Below, piece by piece: positions 26,130 through 39,676 of a stretch of DNA of 64,000 nucleotides (the stretch's first letter is position 1; each line of letters opens with the position of its first letter). The stretch lies in NCBI RefSeq assembly GCF_003018255.1, contig NZ_CP027440.1; one strand, given 5' to 3'. The notes below the pieces were generated by a model. It was given only the letters and a program-made list of their open reading frames with translations, had not been told where the DNA came from and made no database searches. The stretch comes from Escherichia coli. GTDB lineage: Bacteria > Pseudomonadota > Gammaproteobacteria > Enterobacterales > Enterobacteriaceae. The position numbers were made by a program, and so were the translations under genes.

Positions 26130-26249
26130 TGCCTGGCGGCCGTAGCGCGGTGGCCCCACCTGACCCCATGCCGAACTCAGAAGTGAAACGCCGTAGCGCC
26201 GATGGTAGTGTGGGGTCTCCCCATGCGAGAGTAGGGAACTGCCAGGCAT
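26130..26249 (+). rRNA. rrfB: 5S ribosomal RNA
   Basis: TGCCTGGCGGCCGTAGCGCGGTGG...CCATGCGAGAGTAGGGAACTGCCAGGCAT, 120 nt. Confidence 0.96.
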
Positions 26250-26261
26250 CAAATTAAGCAG

Positions 26262-26292
26262 AAGGCCCAGTCGGAAGACTGGGCCTTTTTGC
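26262..26292 (+). terminator. rrnB operon rho-independent terminator (single hairpin)
   Basis: AGGCCCAGTCGGAAGACTGGGCCT stem-loop followed by TTTTTGCGTTT, directly after 5S. Confidence 0.8.
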
Positions 26293-26383
26293 GTTTCTAC
26301 AAACTCTTCCTGTCATCATATCTACAAGCCATCCCCCCGCAGATACGGTAAACTAGCCTCGTTTTTGCATCAGGAAAGCAGCT

Positions 26384-27412
26384 ATGAACCACTCCTTAAA
26401 ACCCTGGAACACATTTGGCATTGATCATAATGCTCAGCACATTGTATGTGCCGAAGACGAACAACAACTACTCAATGCCTGGCAGCATGCAACCGCAAAA
26501 GGACAATCCGTTCTTATTCTGGGTGAAGGAAGTAATGTACTTTTTCTGGAAGACTATCGCGGTACGGTGATCATCAACCGGATCAAAGGTATCGAAATTC
26601 ATGATGAACCTGATGCGTGGTATTTACATGTAGGAGCCGGAGAAAACTGGCATCGCCTGGTAAAATACACTTTGCAGGAAGGTATGCCTGGTCTGGAAAA
26701 TCTGGCATTAATTCCTGGTTGTATCGGCTCATCACCTATCCAGAATATTGGTGCTTATGGCGTAGAATTACAGCGAGTTTGCGCTTATGTTGATTGTGTT
26801 GAACTGGCGACAGGCAAGCAAGTACGCTTAACTGCCAAAGAGTGCCGTTTTGGCTATCGAGACAGTATTTTTAAACATGAATACCAGGATCGCTTCGCCA
26901 TTGTAGCCGTAGGTCTGCGTCTGCCAAAAGAGTGGCAACCTGTACTGACGTATGGTGACTTAACTCGCCTGGATCCTTCAACGGTAACGCCACAGCAAGT
27001 ATTTGATGCGGTGTGTCATATGCGCACCACCAAACTCCCTGATCCAAAAGTGAACGGTAATGCGGGTAGTTTCTTCAAAAATCCTGTTGTTTCTGCCGAA
27101 ACTGCTAACGCGTTGTTGGCACAATTTCCAACAGCCCCACATTACCCCCAGGTGGATGGTTCAGTAAAACTGGCTGCAGGTTGGCTTATTGATCAGTGCC
27201 AGCTTAAAGGGACGCAAATTGGTGGGGCTGCGGTACACCGTCAACAGGCGCTGGTTCTCATAAATGAGCACGATGCAAAAAGCGAAGATGTTGTACAGCT
27301 GGCGCATCATGTAAGACAAAAAGTGGGTGAAAAATTTAATGTCTGGCTTGAGCCTGAAGTCCGCTTTATTGGTGCATCAGGTGAAGTGAGCGCAGTGGAG
27401 ACAATTTCATGA
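26384..27412 (+). CDS. murB: UDP-N-acetylenolpyruvoylglucosamine reductase MurB (342 aa)
   Basis: [34 protein letters not shown] start; FAD-binding domain; stop overlaps birA start. Confidence 0.95.
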   Translation: MNHSLKPWNTFGIDHNAQHIVCAEDEQQLLNAWQHATAKGQSVLILGEGSNVLFLEDYRGTVIINRIKGIEIHDEPDAWYLHVGAGENWHRLVKYTLQEGMPGLENLALIPGCIGSSPIQNIGAYGVELQRVCAYVDCVELATGKQVRLTAKECRFGYRDSIFKHEYQDRFAIVAVGLRLPKEWQPVLTYGDLTRLDPSTVTPQQVFDAVCHMRTTKLPDPKVNGNAGSFFKNPVVSAETANALLAQFPTAPHYPQVDGSVKLAAGWLIDQCQLKGTQIGGAAVHRQQALVLINEHDAKSEDVVQLAHHVRQKVGEKFNVWLEPEVRFIGASGEVSAVETIS

Positions 27413-28374
27413 AGGATAACACCGTGCCACTGAAATTGATCGCCCTGTTAGCGAATGGCGAATTTCACTCTGGCGAGCAGTTGGGTGAAACGCTGGGAAT
27501 GAGCCGGGCGGCTATTAATAAACACATTCAGACACTGCGTGACTGGGGCGTTGATGTATTTACTGTTCCGGGTAAAGGATACAGCTTGCCCGAGCCAATC
27601 CAGTTACTTAATGCCGAAAAGATATTGAGTCAGCTGGATGACGGCAGTGTAGCCGTGCTGCCAGTTATTGACTCCACGAATCAGTATCTCCTGGACCGCA
27701 TCGGAGAGCTTAAATCTGGCGATGCCTGTGTTGCAGAATACCAGCATGCTGGCCGTGGTCGTCGTGGTCGGAAATGGTTTTCGCCTTTTGGCGCGAACTT
27801 ATATTTGTCGATGTTCTGGCGTCTGGAACAGGGCCCGGCGGCGGCGATTGGTTTAAGTCTGGTTATCGGTATCGTGATGGCGGAAGTATTACGCAAGCTG
27901 GGTGCAGATAAAGTTCGTGTTAAATGGCCTAATGACCTCTATCTGCAGGATCGCAAGCTGGCAGGCATTCTTGTGGAGCTGACTGGCAAAACCGGCGATG
28001 CGGCGCAAATAGTCATTGGTGCAGGGATCAACATGGCAATGCGTCGTGTTGAAGAGAGTGTCGTTAATCAAGGGTGGATCACGCTGCAGGAAGCCGGGAT
28101 CAATCTCGATCGTAATACTCTTGCGGCCATGCTGATACGTGAATTACGCGCGGCGCTGGAACTCTTCGAGCAAGAAGGATTGACACCTTATCTTTCGCGC
28201 TGGGAAAAGTTGGATAATTTTATTAATCGCCCAGTGAAACTTATCATTGGTGATAAAGAAATATTTGGCATTTCACGCGGAATAGACAAACAGGGTGCTT
28301 TATTACTTGAGCAGGATGGAATAATAAAACCCTGGATGGGCGGTGAAATATCCCTGCGTAGTGCAGAAAAATAA
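27409..28374 (+). CDS. birA: Biotin-[acetyl-CoA-carboxylase] ligase / bio operon repressor BirA (321 aa)
   Basis: [54 protein letters not shown]-terminus; GRGRRGR biotin-binding loop. Confidence 0.96.
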   Translation: MKDNTVPLKLIALLANGEFHSGEQLGETLGMSRAAINKHIQTLRDWGVDVFTVPGKGYSLPEPIQLLNAEKILSQLDDGSVAVLPVIDSTNQYLLDRIGELKSGDACVAEYQHAGRGRRGRKWFSPFGANLYLSMFWRLEQGPAAAIGLSLVIGIVMAEVLRKLGADKVRVKWPNDLYLQDRKLAGILVELTGKTGDAAQIVIGAGINMAMRRVEESVVNQGWITLQEAGINLDRNTLAAMLIRELRAALELFEQEGLTPYLSRWEKLDNFINRPVKLIIGDKEIFGISRGIDKQGALLLEQDGIIKPWMGGEISLRSAEK

Positions 28375-28375
28375 G

Positions 28376-28402
28376 AAAGGGGAGCATTAACTCCCCTTTA
28401 AA
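28376..28402. terminator. Hairpin between convergent birA and coaA (probable bidirectional terminator)
   Basis: AAAGGGGAGCATTAACTCCCCTTTAAA inverted repeat with flanking A/T runs on both sides. Confidence 0.6.
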
Positions 28403-29353
28403 TTATTTGCGTAGTCTGACCTCTTCTACTGCATGATTAGCACTTTTCGTCAGGATTAAACTGGCACGCTCGCGAGTAGGTAGAATATTTTGCTTTAAGT
28501 TCAGCCAGTTGATCTCTTTCCACAATGTCATGGCAGTCTTAATAGCTTCTTCTTTAGTTAATTTCGCGTAGTTATGAAAATAGGAATCCGGGTCTGTAAA
28601 AGCCCCTTCGCGGAATTTCAGAAAACGGTTGATATACCACGTCTGAAGTAAGTCTTCCGGTGCATCAACATATATCGAAAAATCGACAAAATCAGAAACA
28701 AATACATGATGTGGATCGTGTGGATAATCCATCCCGCTCTGTAAGACATTTAACCCTTCAAGAATTAAAATATCAGGCTGAACAACAGTTTTATCTCCAT
28801 CCGGGATCACATCATAAATAAGATGCGAGTAAACAGGGGCTGTAACGTTTGGCACGCCGGATTTGAGATCGGAAACAAACTTCACCAGGCGATGCATATC
28901 ATACGATTCCGGGAAGCCTTTCTTCTTCATCAGACCACGTTCTTTCAGAACCTGATTAGGGTGAAGGAAGCCATCTGTAGTGATCAGTTCAACACGACGA
29001 TGTTCCGGCCAACGGCTTAATAGCGCCTGCAATACACGGGCGGTTGTACTTTTCCCCACCGCGACACTACCAGCAATACTGATAATGTAAGGAATGCGTT
29101 GCCCGTTGGTACCAAGAAACTGTTCCAGAACTGCCTGACGGCGCAGATTCGAGCTTATATAGAAGTTCAGCAAACGTGACAGAGGTAAATAGATCTCGGC
29201 AACTTCTTCTAACGAGAGATCTTCATTAATACCTTTGAGACGGGCGATCTCATCTTCCGATAACGTCATAGGTACGGAATCACGCAGAGCTGCCCACTGG
29301 TTGCGGTCAAACTGTAGGTAAGGCGTCATTAACGTTTGCTCTTTTATACTCAT
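28403..29353 (-). CDS. coaA: Pantothenate kinase CoaA (316 aa)
   Basis: ORF 28403..29359; [35 protein letters not shown] start; P-loop GSVAVGKST. Confidence 0.95.
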
Positions 29354-29671
29354 AAGCATGTTTCAGGCGGTCATAGCTCTATCGGCAAAGCGATATTTGC
29401 CATGGCGCGTCACAGTTCTGTTGAATGGGTTAATGGGCAGGAGGGTAACACCAGATGGGGAGGAATAATAAGAAAAAATCTCTCCCAGGAAGCTATCGTT
29501 GAAAAGCAATGTGACAGATATTCCATCTGATAAAAAGAATTATGGTTTAGCAGGAGCACATTGTTGAGCACAATGATGTTGAAAAAGTGTGCTAATCTGC
29601 CCTCCGTTCGGCTGTTTCTTCATCGTGTCGCATAAAATGTGACCAATAAAACAAATTATGCAATTTTTTAG

Positions 29672-29700
29672 TTGCATGAACTCGCATGTCTCCATAGAAT
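29672..29700 (+). promoter_or_regulatory. Promoter of the thrU-tyrU-glyT-thrT-tufB operon
   Basis: -35 TTGCAT (29672-29677) and -10 TAGAAT (29695-29700), 17-bp spacer, about 15 nt upstream of thrU. Confidence 0.65.
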
Positions 29701-29714
29701 GCGCGCTACTTGAT

Positions 29715-29790
<76 letters not shown>

Positions 29791-29798
29791 TCAAGTCC

Positions 29799-29883
<85 letters not shown>

Positions 29884-29999
29884 ATTTCGGCCACGCGATG
29901 GCGTAGCCCGAGACGATAAGTTCGCTTACCGGCTCGAATAAAGAGAGCTTCTCTCGATATTCAGTGCAGAATGAAAATCAGGTAGCCGAGTTCCAGGAT

Positions 30000-30074
<75 letters not shown>

Positions 30075-30080
30075 AGATGT

Positions 30081-30156
30081 GCTGATATAGCTCAGTTGGT
30101 AGAGCGCACCCTTGGTAAGGGTGAGGTCGGCAGTTCGAATCTGCCTATCAGCACCA
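30081..30156 (+). tRNA. thrT: tRNA-Thr (GGU)
   Basis: GCTGATATAGCTCAGTTGGTAGAGCGCACCCTTGGTAAGGGTGAGGTCGGCAGTTCGAATCTGCCTATCAGCACCA. Confidence 0.95.
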
Positions 30157-30234
30157 CTTCTTTTCTCCTCCCTGTTTTTTCCTTCTGTTTATTGCATTCA
30201 ACAAGTCGGGCATGTTGCCTGGTTGATGTGGTGA

Positions 30235-31455
<1,221 letters not shown>

Positions 31456-31486
31456 TTGCCGATAACATTTGACGCAATGCGCACTA

Positions 31487-31513
31487 AAAGGGCATCATTT
31501 GATGCCCTTTTTG
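31487..31513 (+). terminator. tufB rho-independent terminator
   Basis: AAAGGGCATCATTTGATGCCCTTTTTG hairpin plus T-run about 30 nt after the tufB stop. Confidence 0.8.
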
Positions 31514-31684
31514 CACGCTTTCGTACCAGAACCTGGCTCATCAGTGATTTTCTTTGTCATAATCATTGCTGAGACAGGCTCTGTTGAGGGCGTATAATCC
31601 GAAAAGCTAATACGCGTTTCGATTTGGTTTGCCTCGCGATCGCGGGGTGAAAATGTTTGTAGAATACTTCTGACAGGTTGGTTT

Positions 31685-32068
31685 ATGAGTGCGAATACCG
31701 AAGCTCAAGGAAGCGGGCGCGGCCTGGAAGCGATGAAGTGGGTCGTTGTGGTGGCATTGCTCCTGGTAGCGATTGTCGGCAACTACCTTTATCGCGACAT
31801 TATGCTGCCGCTGCGTGCGCTGGCCGTAGTAATTCTGATTGCTGCAGCGGGTGGTGTCGCGCTGTTAACGACAAAAGGTAAAGCAACCGTTGCTTTTGCC
31901 CGTGAAGCGCGTACCGAAGTCCGTAAGGTCATTTGGCCGACTCGCCAGGAAACATTGCACACCACGCTGATTGTGGCTGCGGTTACCGCAGTAATGTCAC
32001 TGATCCTGTGGGGACTGGATGGTATTCTGGTTCGCCTGGTATCCTTTATCACTGGCCTGAGGTTCTGA
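31685..32068 (+). CDS. secE: Protein translocase subunit SecE (127 aa)
   Basis: [45 protein letters not shown], three TM segments; followed 2 bp later by nusG. Confidence 0.95.
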
Positions 32069-32069
32069 G

Positions 32070-32615
32070 ATGTCTGAAGCTCCTAAAAAGCGCTGGTACG
32101 TCGTTCAGGCGTTTTCCGGTTTTGAAGGCCGCGTAGCAACGTCGCTGCGTGAGCATATCAAATTACACAACATGGAAGAGTTGTTTGGTGAAGTCATGGT
32201 ACCAACCGAAGAAGTGGTTGAAATCCGTGGCGGTCAGCGTCGCAAAAGCGAACGTAAATTCTTCCCTGGCTACGTCCTCGTTCAGATGGTGATGAACGAC
32301 GCGAGCTGGCACCTGGTGCGCAGCGTACCGCGTGTGATGGGCTTCATCGGCGGTACTTCCGATCGTCCTGCGCCAATCAGCGATAAAGAAGTCGATGCGA
32401 TTATGAACCGCCTGCAGCAGGTTGGTGATAAGCCGCGTCCGAAAACGTTGTTTGAACCGGGTGAAATGGTCCGTGTTAATGATGGTCCGTTCGCTGACTT
32501 CAACGGCGTTGTTGAAGAAGTTGATTACGAGAAATCTCGTCTGAAAGTGTCTGTTTCTATCTTCGGTCGTGCGACCCCTGTAGAGCTGGACTTCAGCCAG
32601 GTTGAAAAAGCTTAA
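32070..32615 (+). CDS. nusG: Transcription termination/antitermination factor NusG (181 aa)
   Basis: [73 protein letters not shown] (NGN plus KOW domains). Confidence 0.97.
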
Positions 32616-32646
32616 CCCAGCGATCAAAAAAGCGGCGATTTAATCG

Positions 32647-32675
32647 TTGCACAAGGCGCGAGATTGGAATACAAT
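32647..32675 (+). promoter_or_regulatory. rplKA promoter (PL11)
   Basis: -35 TTGCAC (32647-32652), 17-bp spacer, -10 TACAAT (32670-32675), upstream of the L11 leader. Confidence 0.65.
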
Positions 32676-32710
32676 TTCGCGCCTTTTGTTTTTATGGGCC
32701 TTGCCCGTAA

Positions 32711-33910
<1,200 letters not shown>

Positions 33911-33932
33911 TGCCTTTACGTGGGCGGTGATT

Positions 33933-33961
33933 TTGTCTACAATCTTACCCCCACGTATAAT
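33933..33961 (+). promoter_or_regulatory. rplJL-rpoBC promoter (PL10)
   Basis: -35 TTGTCT (33933-33938), 17-bp spacer, -10 TATAAT (33956-33961); followed by the ~360-nt L10 leader. Confidence 0.7.
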
Positions 33962-34322
33962 GCTTAATGCAGACGTATATCCGAGATATTCGGGTTGTGG
34001 CAAGGCGGTAACTGAGTGAGTCGCCAGGAGCATAGTTAACTATGTGACTGGTGCGAACGAAGGAAGCCAACGCCGCCACAAGCTGAATAGCGACGGATAG
34101 AAAAGATTTGTTCGTTGGAGCCTGGCCTATCCAGGCCTCCGTCGAAGACCGCAGGAGTTTCGCAAGAAACTTAATCCCCTGCGTAGACGGTGACAGAACG
34201 CTAAGATTATTCTTTTATATTCTGGCTTGTTTCTGCTCACCGTAATTAAGACGCTCTCTCCGTTTGGAGGAGTGAAGTGAGTTCCAGAGATTTTCTCTGG
34301 CAAACATCCAGGAGCAAAGCTA

Positions 34323-34820
34323 ATGGCTTTAAATCTTCAAGACAAACAAGCGATTGTTGCTGAAGTCAGCGAAGTAGCCAAAGGCGCGCTGTCTGCAGTA
34401 GTTGCGGATTCCCGTGGCGTAACTGTAGATAAAATGACTGAACTGCGTAAAGCAGGTCGCGAAGCTGGCGTATACATGCGTGTTGTTCGTAACACCCTGC
34501 TGCGCCGTGCTGTTGAAGGTACTCCGTTCGAGTGCCTGAAAGACGCGTTTGTTGGTCCGACCCTGATTGCATACTCTATGGAACACCCGGGCGCTGCTGC
34601 TCGTCTGTTCAAAGAGTTCGCGAAAGCGAATGCAAAATTTGAGGTCAAAGCCGCTGCCTTTGAAGGTGAGCTGATCCCGGCGTCTCAGATCGACCGCCTG
34701 GCAACTCTGCCGACCTACGAAGAAGCAATTGCACGCCTGATGGCAACCATGAAAGAAGCTTCGGCTGGCAAACTGGTTCGTACTCTGGCTGCTGTACGCG
34801 ATGCGAAAGAAGCTGCTTAA
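34323..34820 (+). CDS. rplJ: 50S ribosomal protein L10 (165 aa)
   Basis: [67 protein letters not shown]. Confidence 0.98.
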
Positions 34821-34886
34821 TCGCAGTTATCTTTTTAACGCATTCGCTTACGTATAAACTTATTCTGATATTCAGGAACAATTTAA

Positions 34887-35252
<366 letters not shown>

Positions 35253-35291
35253 GCCAACCCTTCCGGTTGCAGCCTGAGAAATCAGGCTGAT

Positions 35292-35323
35292 GGCTGGTGA
35301 CTTTTTAGTCACCAGCCTTTTTG
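35292..35323 (+). terminator. rplL-rpoB intercistronic attenuator (partial terminator)
   Basis: GGCTGGTGACTTTTTAGTCACCAGCC hairpin followed by TTTTTG, about 40 nt after the rplL stop and 250 nt before rpoB. Confidence 0.8.
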
Positions 35324-35571
35324 CGCTGTAAGGCGCCAGTAGCGTTTCACACTGTTTGACTACTGCTGTGCCTTTCAATGCTTGTTTCTATCGACGACTT
35401 AATATACTGCGACAGGACGTCCGTTCTGTGTAAATCGCAATGAAATGGTTTAAGCGTGATAGCAACAGGCATTGCGGAAAGTGTTCCATTTTCCGGTCAA
35501 CAAAATAGTGTTGCACAAACTGTCCGCTCAATGGACAGATGGGTCGACTTGTCAGCGAGCTGAGGAACCCT

Positions 35572-38500
35572 ATGGTTTACTCCTATACCGAGAAAAAACG
35601 TATTCGTAAGGATTTTGGTAAACGTCCACAAGTTCTGGATGTACCTTATCTCCTTTCTATCCAGCTTGACTCGTTTCAGAAATTTATCGAGCAAGATCCT
35701 GAAGGGCAGTATGGTCTGGAAGCTGCTTTCCGTTCCGTATTCCCGATTCAGAGCTACAGCGGTAATTCCGAGCTGCAATACGTCAGCTACCGCCTTGGCG
35801 AACCGGTGTTTGACGTCCAGGAATGTCAAATCCGTGGCGTGACCTATTCCGCACCGCTGCGCGTTAAACTGCGTCTGGTGATCTATGAGCGCGAAGCGCC
35901 GGAAGGCACCGTAAAAGACATTAAAGAACAAGAAGTCTACATGGGCGAAATTCCGCTCATGACAGACAACGGTACCTTTGTTATCAACGGTACTGAGCGT
36001 GTTATCGTTTCCCAGCTGCACCGTAGTCCGGGCGTCTTCTTTGACTCCGACAAAGGTAAAACCCACTCTTCGGGTAAAGTGCTGTATAACGCGCGCATCA
36101 TCCCTTACCGTGGTTCCTGGCTTGACTTCGAATTCGATCCGAAGGACAACCTGTTCGTACGTATCGACCGTCGCCGTAAACTGCCTGCGACCATCATTCT
36201 GCGCGCCCTGAACTACACCACAGAGCAGATCCTCGACCTGTTCTTTGAAAAAGTTATCTTTGAAATCCGTGATAACAAGCTGCAGATGGAACTGGTGCCG
36301 GAACGCCTGCGTGGTGAAACCGCATCTTTTGACATCGAAGCTAACGGTAAAGTGTACGTAGAAAAAGGCCGCCGTATCACTGCGCGCCACATTCGCCAGC
36401 TGGAAAAAGACGACGTCAAACTGATCGAAGTCCCGGTTGAGTACATCGCAGGTAAAGTGGTTGCTAAAGACTATATTGATGAGTCTACCGGCGAGCTGAT
36501 CTGTGCTGCGAACATGGAGCTGAGCCTGGATCTGCTGGCTAAGCTGAGCCAGTCTGGTCACAAGCGTATCGAAACGCTGTTCACCAACGATCTGGATCAC
36601 GGCCCATATATCTCTGAAACCTTACGTGTCGACCCAACTAACGACCGTCTGAGCGCACTGGTAGAAATCTACCGCATGATGCGCCCTGGCGAGCCGCCGA
36701 CTCGTGAAGCAGCTGAAAGCCTGTTCGAGAACCTGTTCTTCTCCGAAGACCGTTATGACTTGTCTGCGGTTGGTCGTATGAAGTTCAACCGTTCTCTGCT
36801 GCGCGAAGAAATCGAAGGTTCCGGTATTCTGAGCAAAGACGACATCATTGATGTTATGAAAAAGCTCATCGATATCCGTAACGGTAAAGGCGAAGTCGAT
36901 GATATCGACCACCTCGGCAACCGTCGTATCCGTTCCGTTGGCGAAATGGCGGAAAACCAGTTCCGCGTTGGCCTGGTACGTGTAGAGCGTGCGGTGAAAG
37001 AGCGTCTGTCTCTGGGCGATCTGGATACCCTGATGCCTCAGGATATGATCAACGCCAAGCCGATTTCCGCAGCAGTGAAAGAGTTCTTCGGTTCCAGCCA
37101 GCTGTCTCAGTTTATGGACCAGAACAACCCGCTGTCTGAGATTACGCACAAACGTCGTATCTCCGCACTCGGCCCAGGCGGTCTGACCCGTGAACGTGCA
37201 GGCTTCGAAGTTCGAGACGTACACCCGACTCACTACGGTCGCGTATGTCCAATAGAAACCCCTGAAGGTCCGAACATCGGTCTGATCAACTCTCTGTCCG
37301 TGTACGCACAGACTAACGAATACGGCTTCCTTGAGACTCCGTATCGTAAAGTGACCGACGGTGTTGTAACTGACGAAATTCACTACCTATCTGCTATCGA
37401 AGAAGGCAACTACGTTATCGCCCAGGCGAACTCCAACCTGGATGAAGAAGGCCACTTCGTAGAAGACCTGGTAACCTGCCGTAGCAAAGGCGAATCCAGC
37501 TTGTTCAGCCGCGACCAGGTTGACTACATGGACGTATCCACCCAGCAGGTGGTATCCGTCGGTGCGTCCCTGATCCCGTTCCTGGAACACGATGACGCCA
37601 ACCGTGCATTGATGGGTGCGAACATGCAACGTCAGGCCGTTCCGACTCTGCGCGCTGACAAGCCGCTGGTTGGTACTGGTATGGAACGTGCTGTTGCCGT
37701 TGACTCCGGTGTAACTGCGGTAGCTAAACGTGGTGGTGTCGTTCAGTACGTGGATGCTTCCCGTATCGTTATCAAAGTTAACGAAGACGAGATGTATCCG
37801 GGTGAAGCAGGTATCGATATCTACAACCTGACCAAATACACCCGTTCTAACCAGAACACCTGTATCAACCAGATGCCGTGTGTGTCTCTGGGTGAACCGG
37901 TTGAACGTGGCGACGTGCTGGCAGACGGTCCGTCCACCGACCTCGGTGAACTGGCGCTTGGTCAGAACATGCGCGTAGCGTTCATGCCGTGGAATGGTTA
38001 CAACTTCGAAGACTCCATCCTCGTATCCGAGCGTGTTGTTCAGGAAGACCGTTTCACCACCATCCACATTCAGGAACTGGCGTGTGTGTCCCGTGACACC
38101 AAGCTGGGGCCAGAAGAGATCACCGCTGACATCCCGAACGTGGGTGAAGCTGCGCTCTCCAAACTGGATGAATCCGGTATCGTTTACATTGGTGCGGAAG
38201 TGACCGGTGGCGACATTCTGGTTGGTAAGGTTACGCCGAAAGGTGAAACTCAGCTGACCCCAGAAGAAAAACTGCTGCGTGCGATCTTCGGTGAGAAAGC
38301 GTCTGACGTTAAAGACTCTTCTCTGCGCGTACCAAACGGTGTATCCGGTACGGTTATCGACGTTCAGGTCTTTACTCGCGATGGCGTAGAAAAAGACAAA
38401 CGTGCGCTGGAAATCGAAGAAATGCAGCTCAAACAGGCGAAGAAAGACCTGTCTGAAGAACTGCAGATCCTCGAAGCGGGTCTGTTCAGCCGTATCCGTG

Positions 38501-39600
38501 CTGTGCTGGTAGCCGGTGGCGTTGAAGCTGAGAAGCTCGACAAACTGCCGCGCGATCGCTGGCTGGAGCTGGGCCTGACCGACGAAGAGAAACAAAATCA
38601 GCTGGAACAGCTGGCTGAGCAGTATGACGAACTGAAACACGAGTTCGAGAAGAAACTCGAAGCGAAACGCCGCAAAATCACCCAGGGCGACGATCTGGCA
38701 CCGGGCGTGCTGAAGATTGTTAAGGTATATCTGGCGGTTAAACGCCGTATCCAGCCTGGTGACAAGATGGCAGGTCGTCATGGTAACAAGGGTGTAATTT
38801 CTAAGATCAACCCGATCGAAGATATGCCTTACGATGAAAACGGTACGCCGGTAGACATCGTACTGAACCCGCTGGGCGTACCGTCTCGTATGAACATCGG
38901 TCAGATCCTCGAAACCCACCTGGGTATGGCTGCGAAAGGTATCGGCGACAAGATCAACGCCATGCTGAAACAGCAGCAAGAAGTCGCGAAACTGCGCGAA
39001 TTCATCCAGCGTGCGTACGATCTGGGCGCTGACGTTCGTCAGAAAGTTGACCTGAGTACCTTCAGCGATGAAGAAGTTATGCGTCTGGCTGAAAACCTGC
39101 GCAAAGGTATGCCAATCGCAACGCCGGTGTTCGACGGTGCGAAAGAAGCAGAAATTAAAGAGCTGCTGAAACTTGGCGACCTGCCGACTTCTGGTCAGAT
39201 CCGCCTGTACGACGGCCGCACTGGTGAACAGTTCGAGCGTCCGGTAACCGTTGGTTACATGTACATGCTGAAACTGAACCACCTGGTCGACGACAAGATG
39301 CACGCGCGTTCCACCGGTTCTTACAGCCTGGTTACTCAGCAGCCGCTGGGTGGTAAGGCACAGTTCGGTGGTCAGCGTTTCGGGGAGATGGAAGTGTGGG
39401 CGCTGGAAGCATACGGCGCAGCATACACCCTGCAGGAAATGCTCACCGTTAAGTCTGATGACGTGAACGGTCGTACTAAGATGTATAAAAACATCGTGGA
39501 CGGCAACCATCAGATGGAGCCGGGCATGCCAGAATCCTTCAACGTATTGTTGAAAGAGATTCGTTCGCTGGGTATCAACATCGAACTGGAAGACGAGTAA
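35572..39600 (+). CDS. rpoB: DNA-directed RNA polymerase beta subunit (1342 aa)
   Basis: ORF 35539..39600; canonical start [53 protein letters not shown]; ends ...IELEDE. Confidence 0.98.
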
Positions 39601-39676
39601 TTCTCGCTCAAACAGGTCACTGCTGTCGGGGTAAAACCCGGCAGCGGATTGTGCTAACTCCGACGGGAGCAAATCC

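Noticed and set aside
29336-29530. 64-aa plus-strand ORF overlapping the coaA start and upstream region
   Set aside because: Overlaps the coaA initiation region on the opposite strand, with no RBS or recognisable product; lies in the coaA promoter region.
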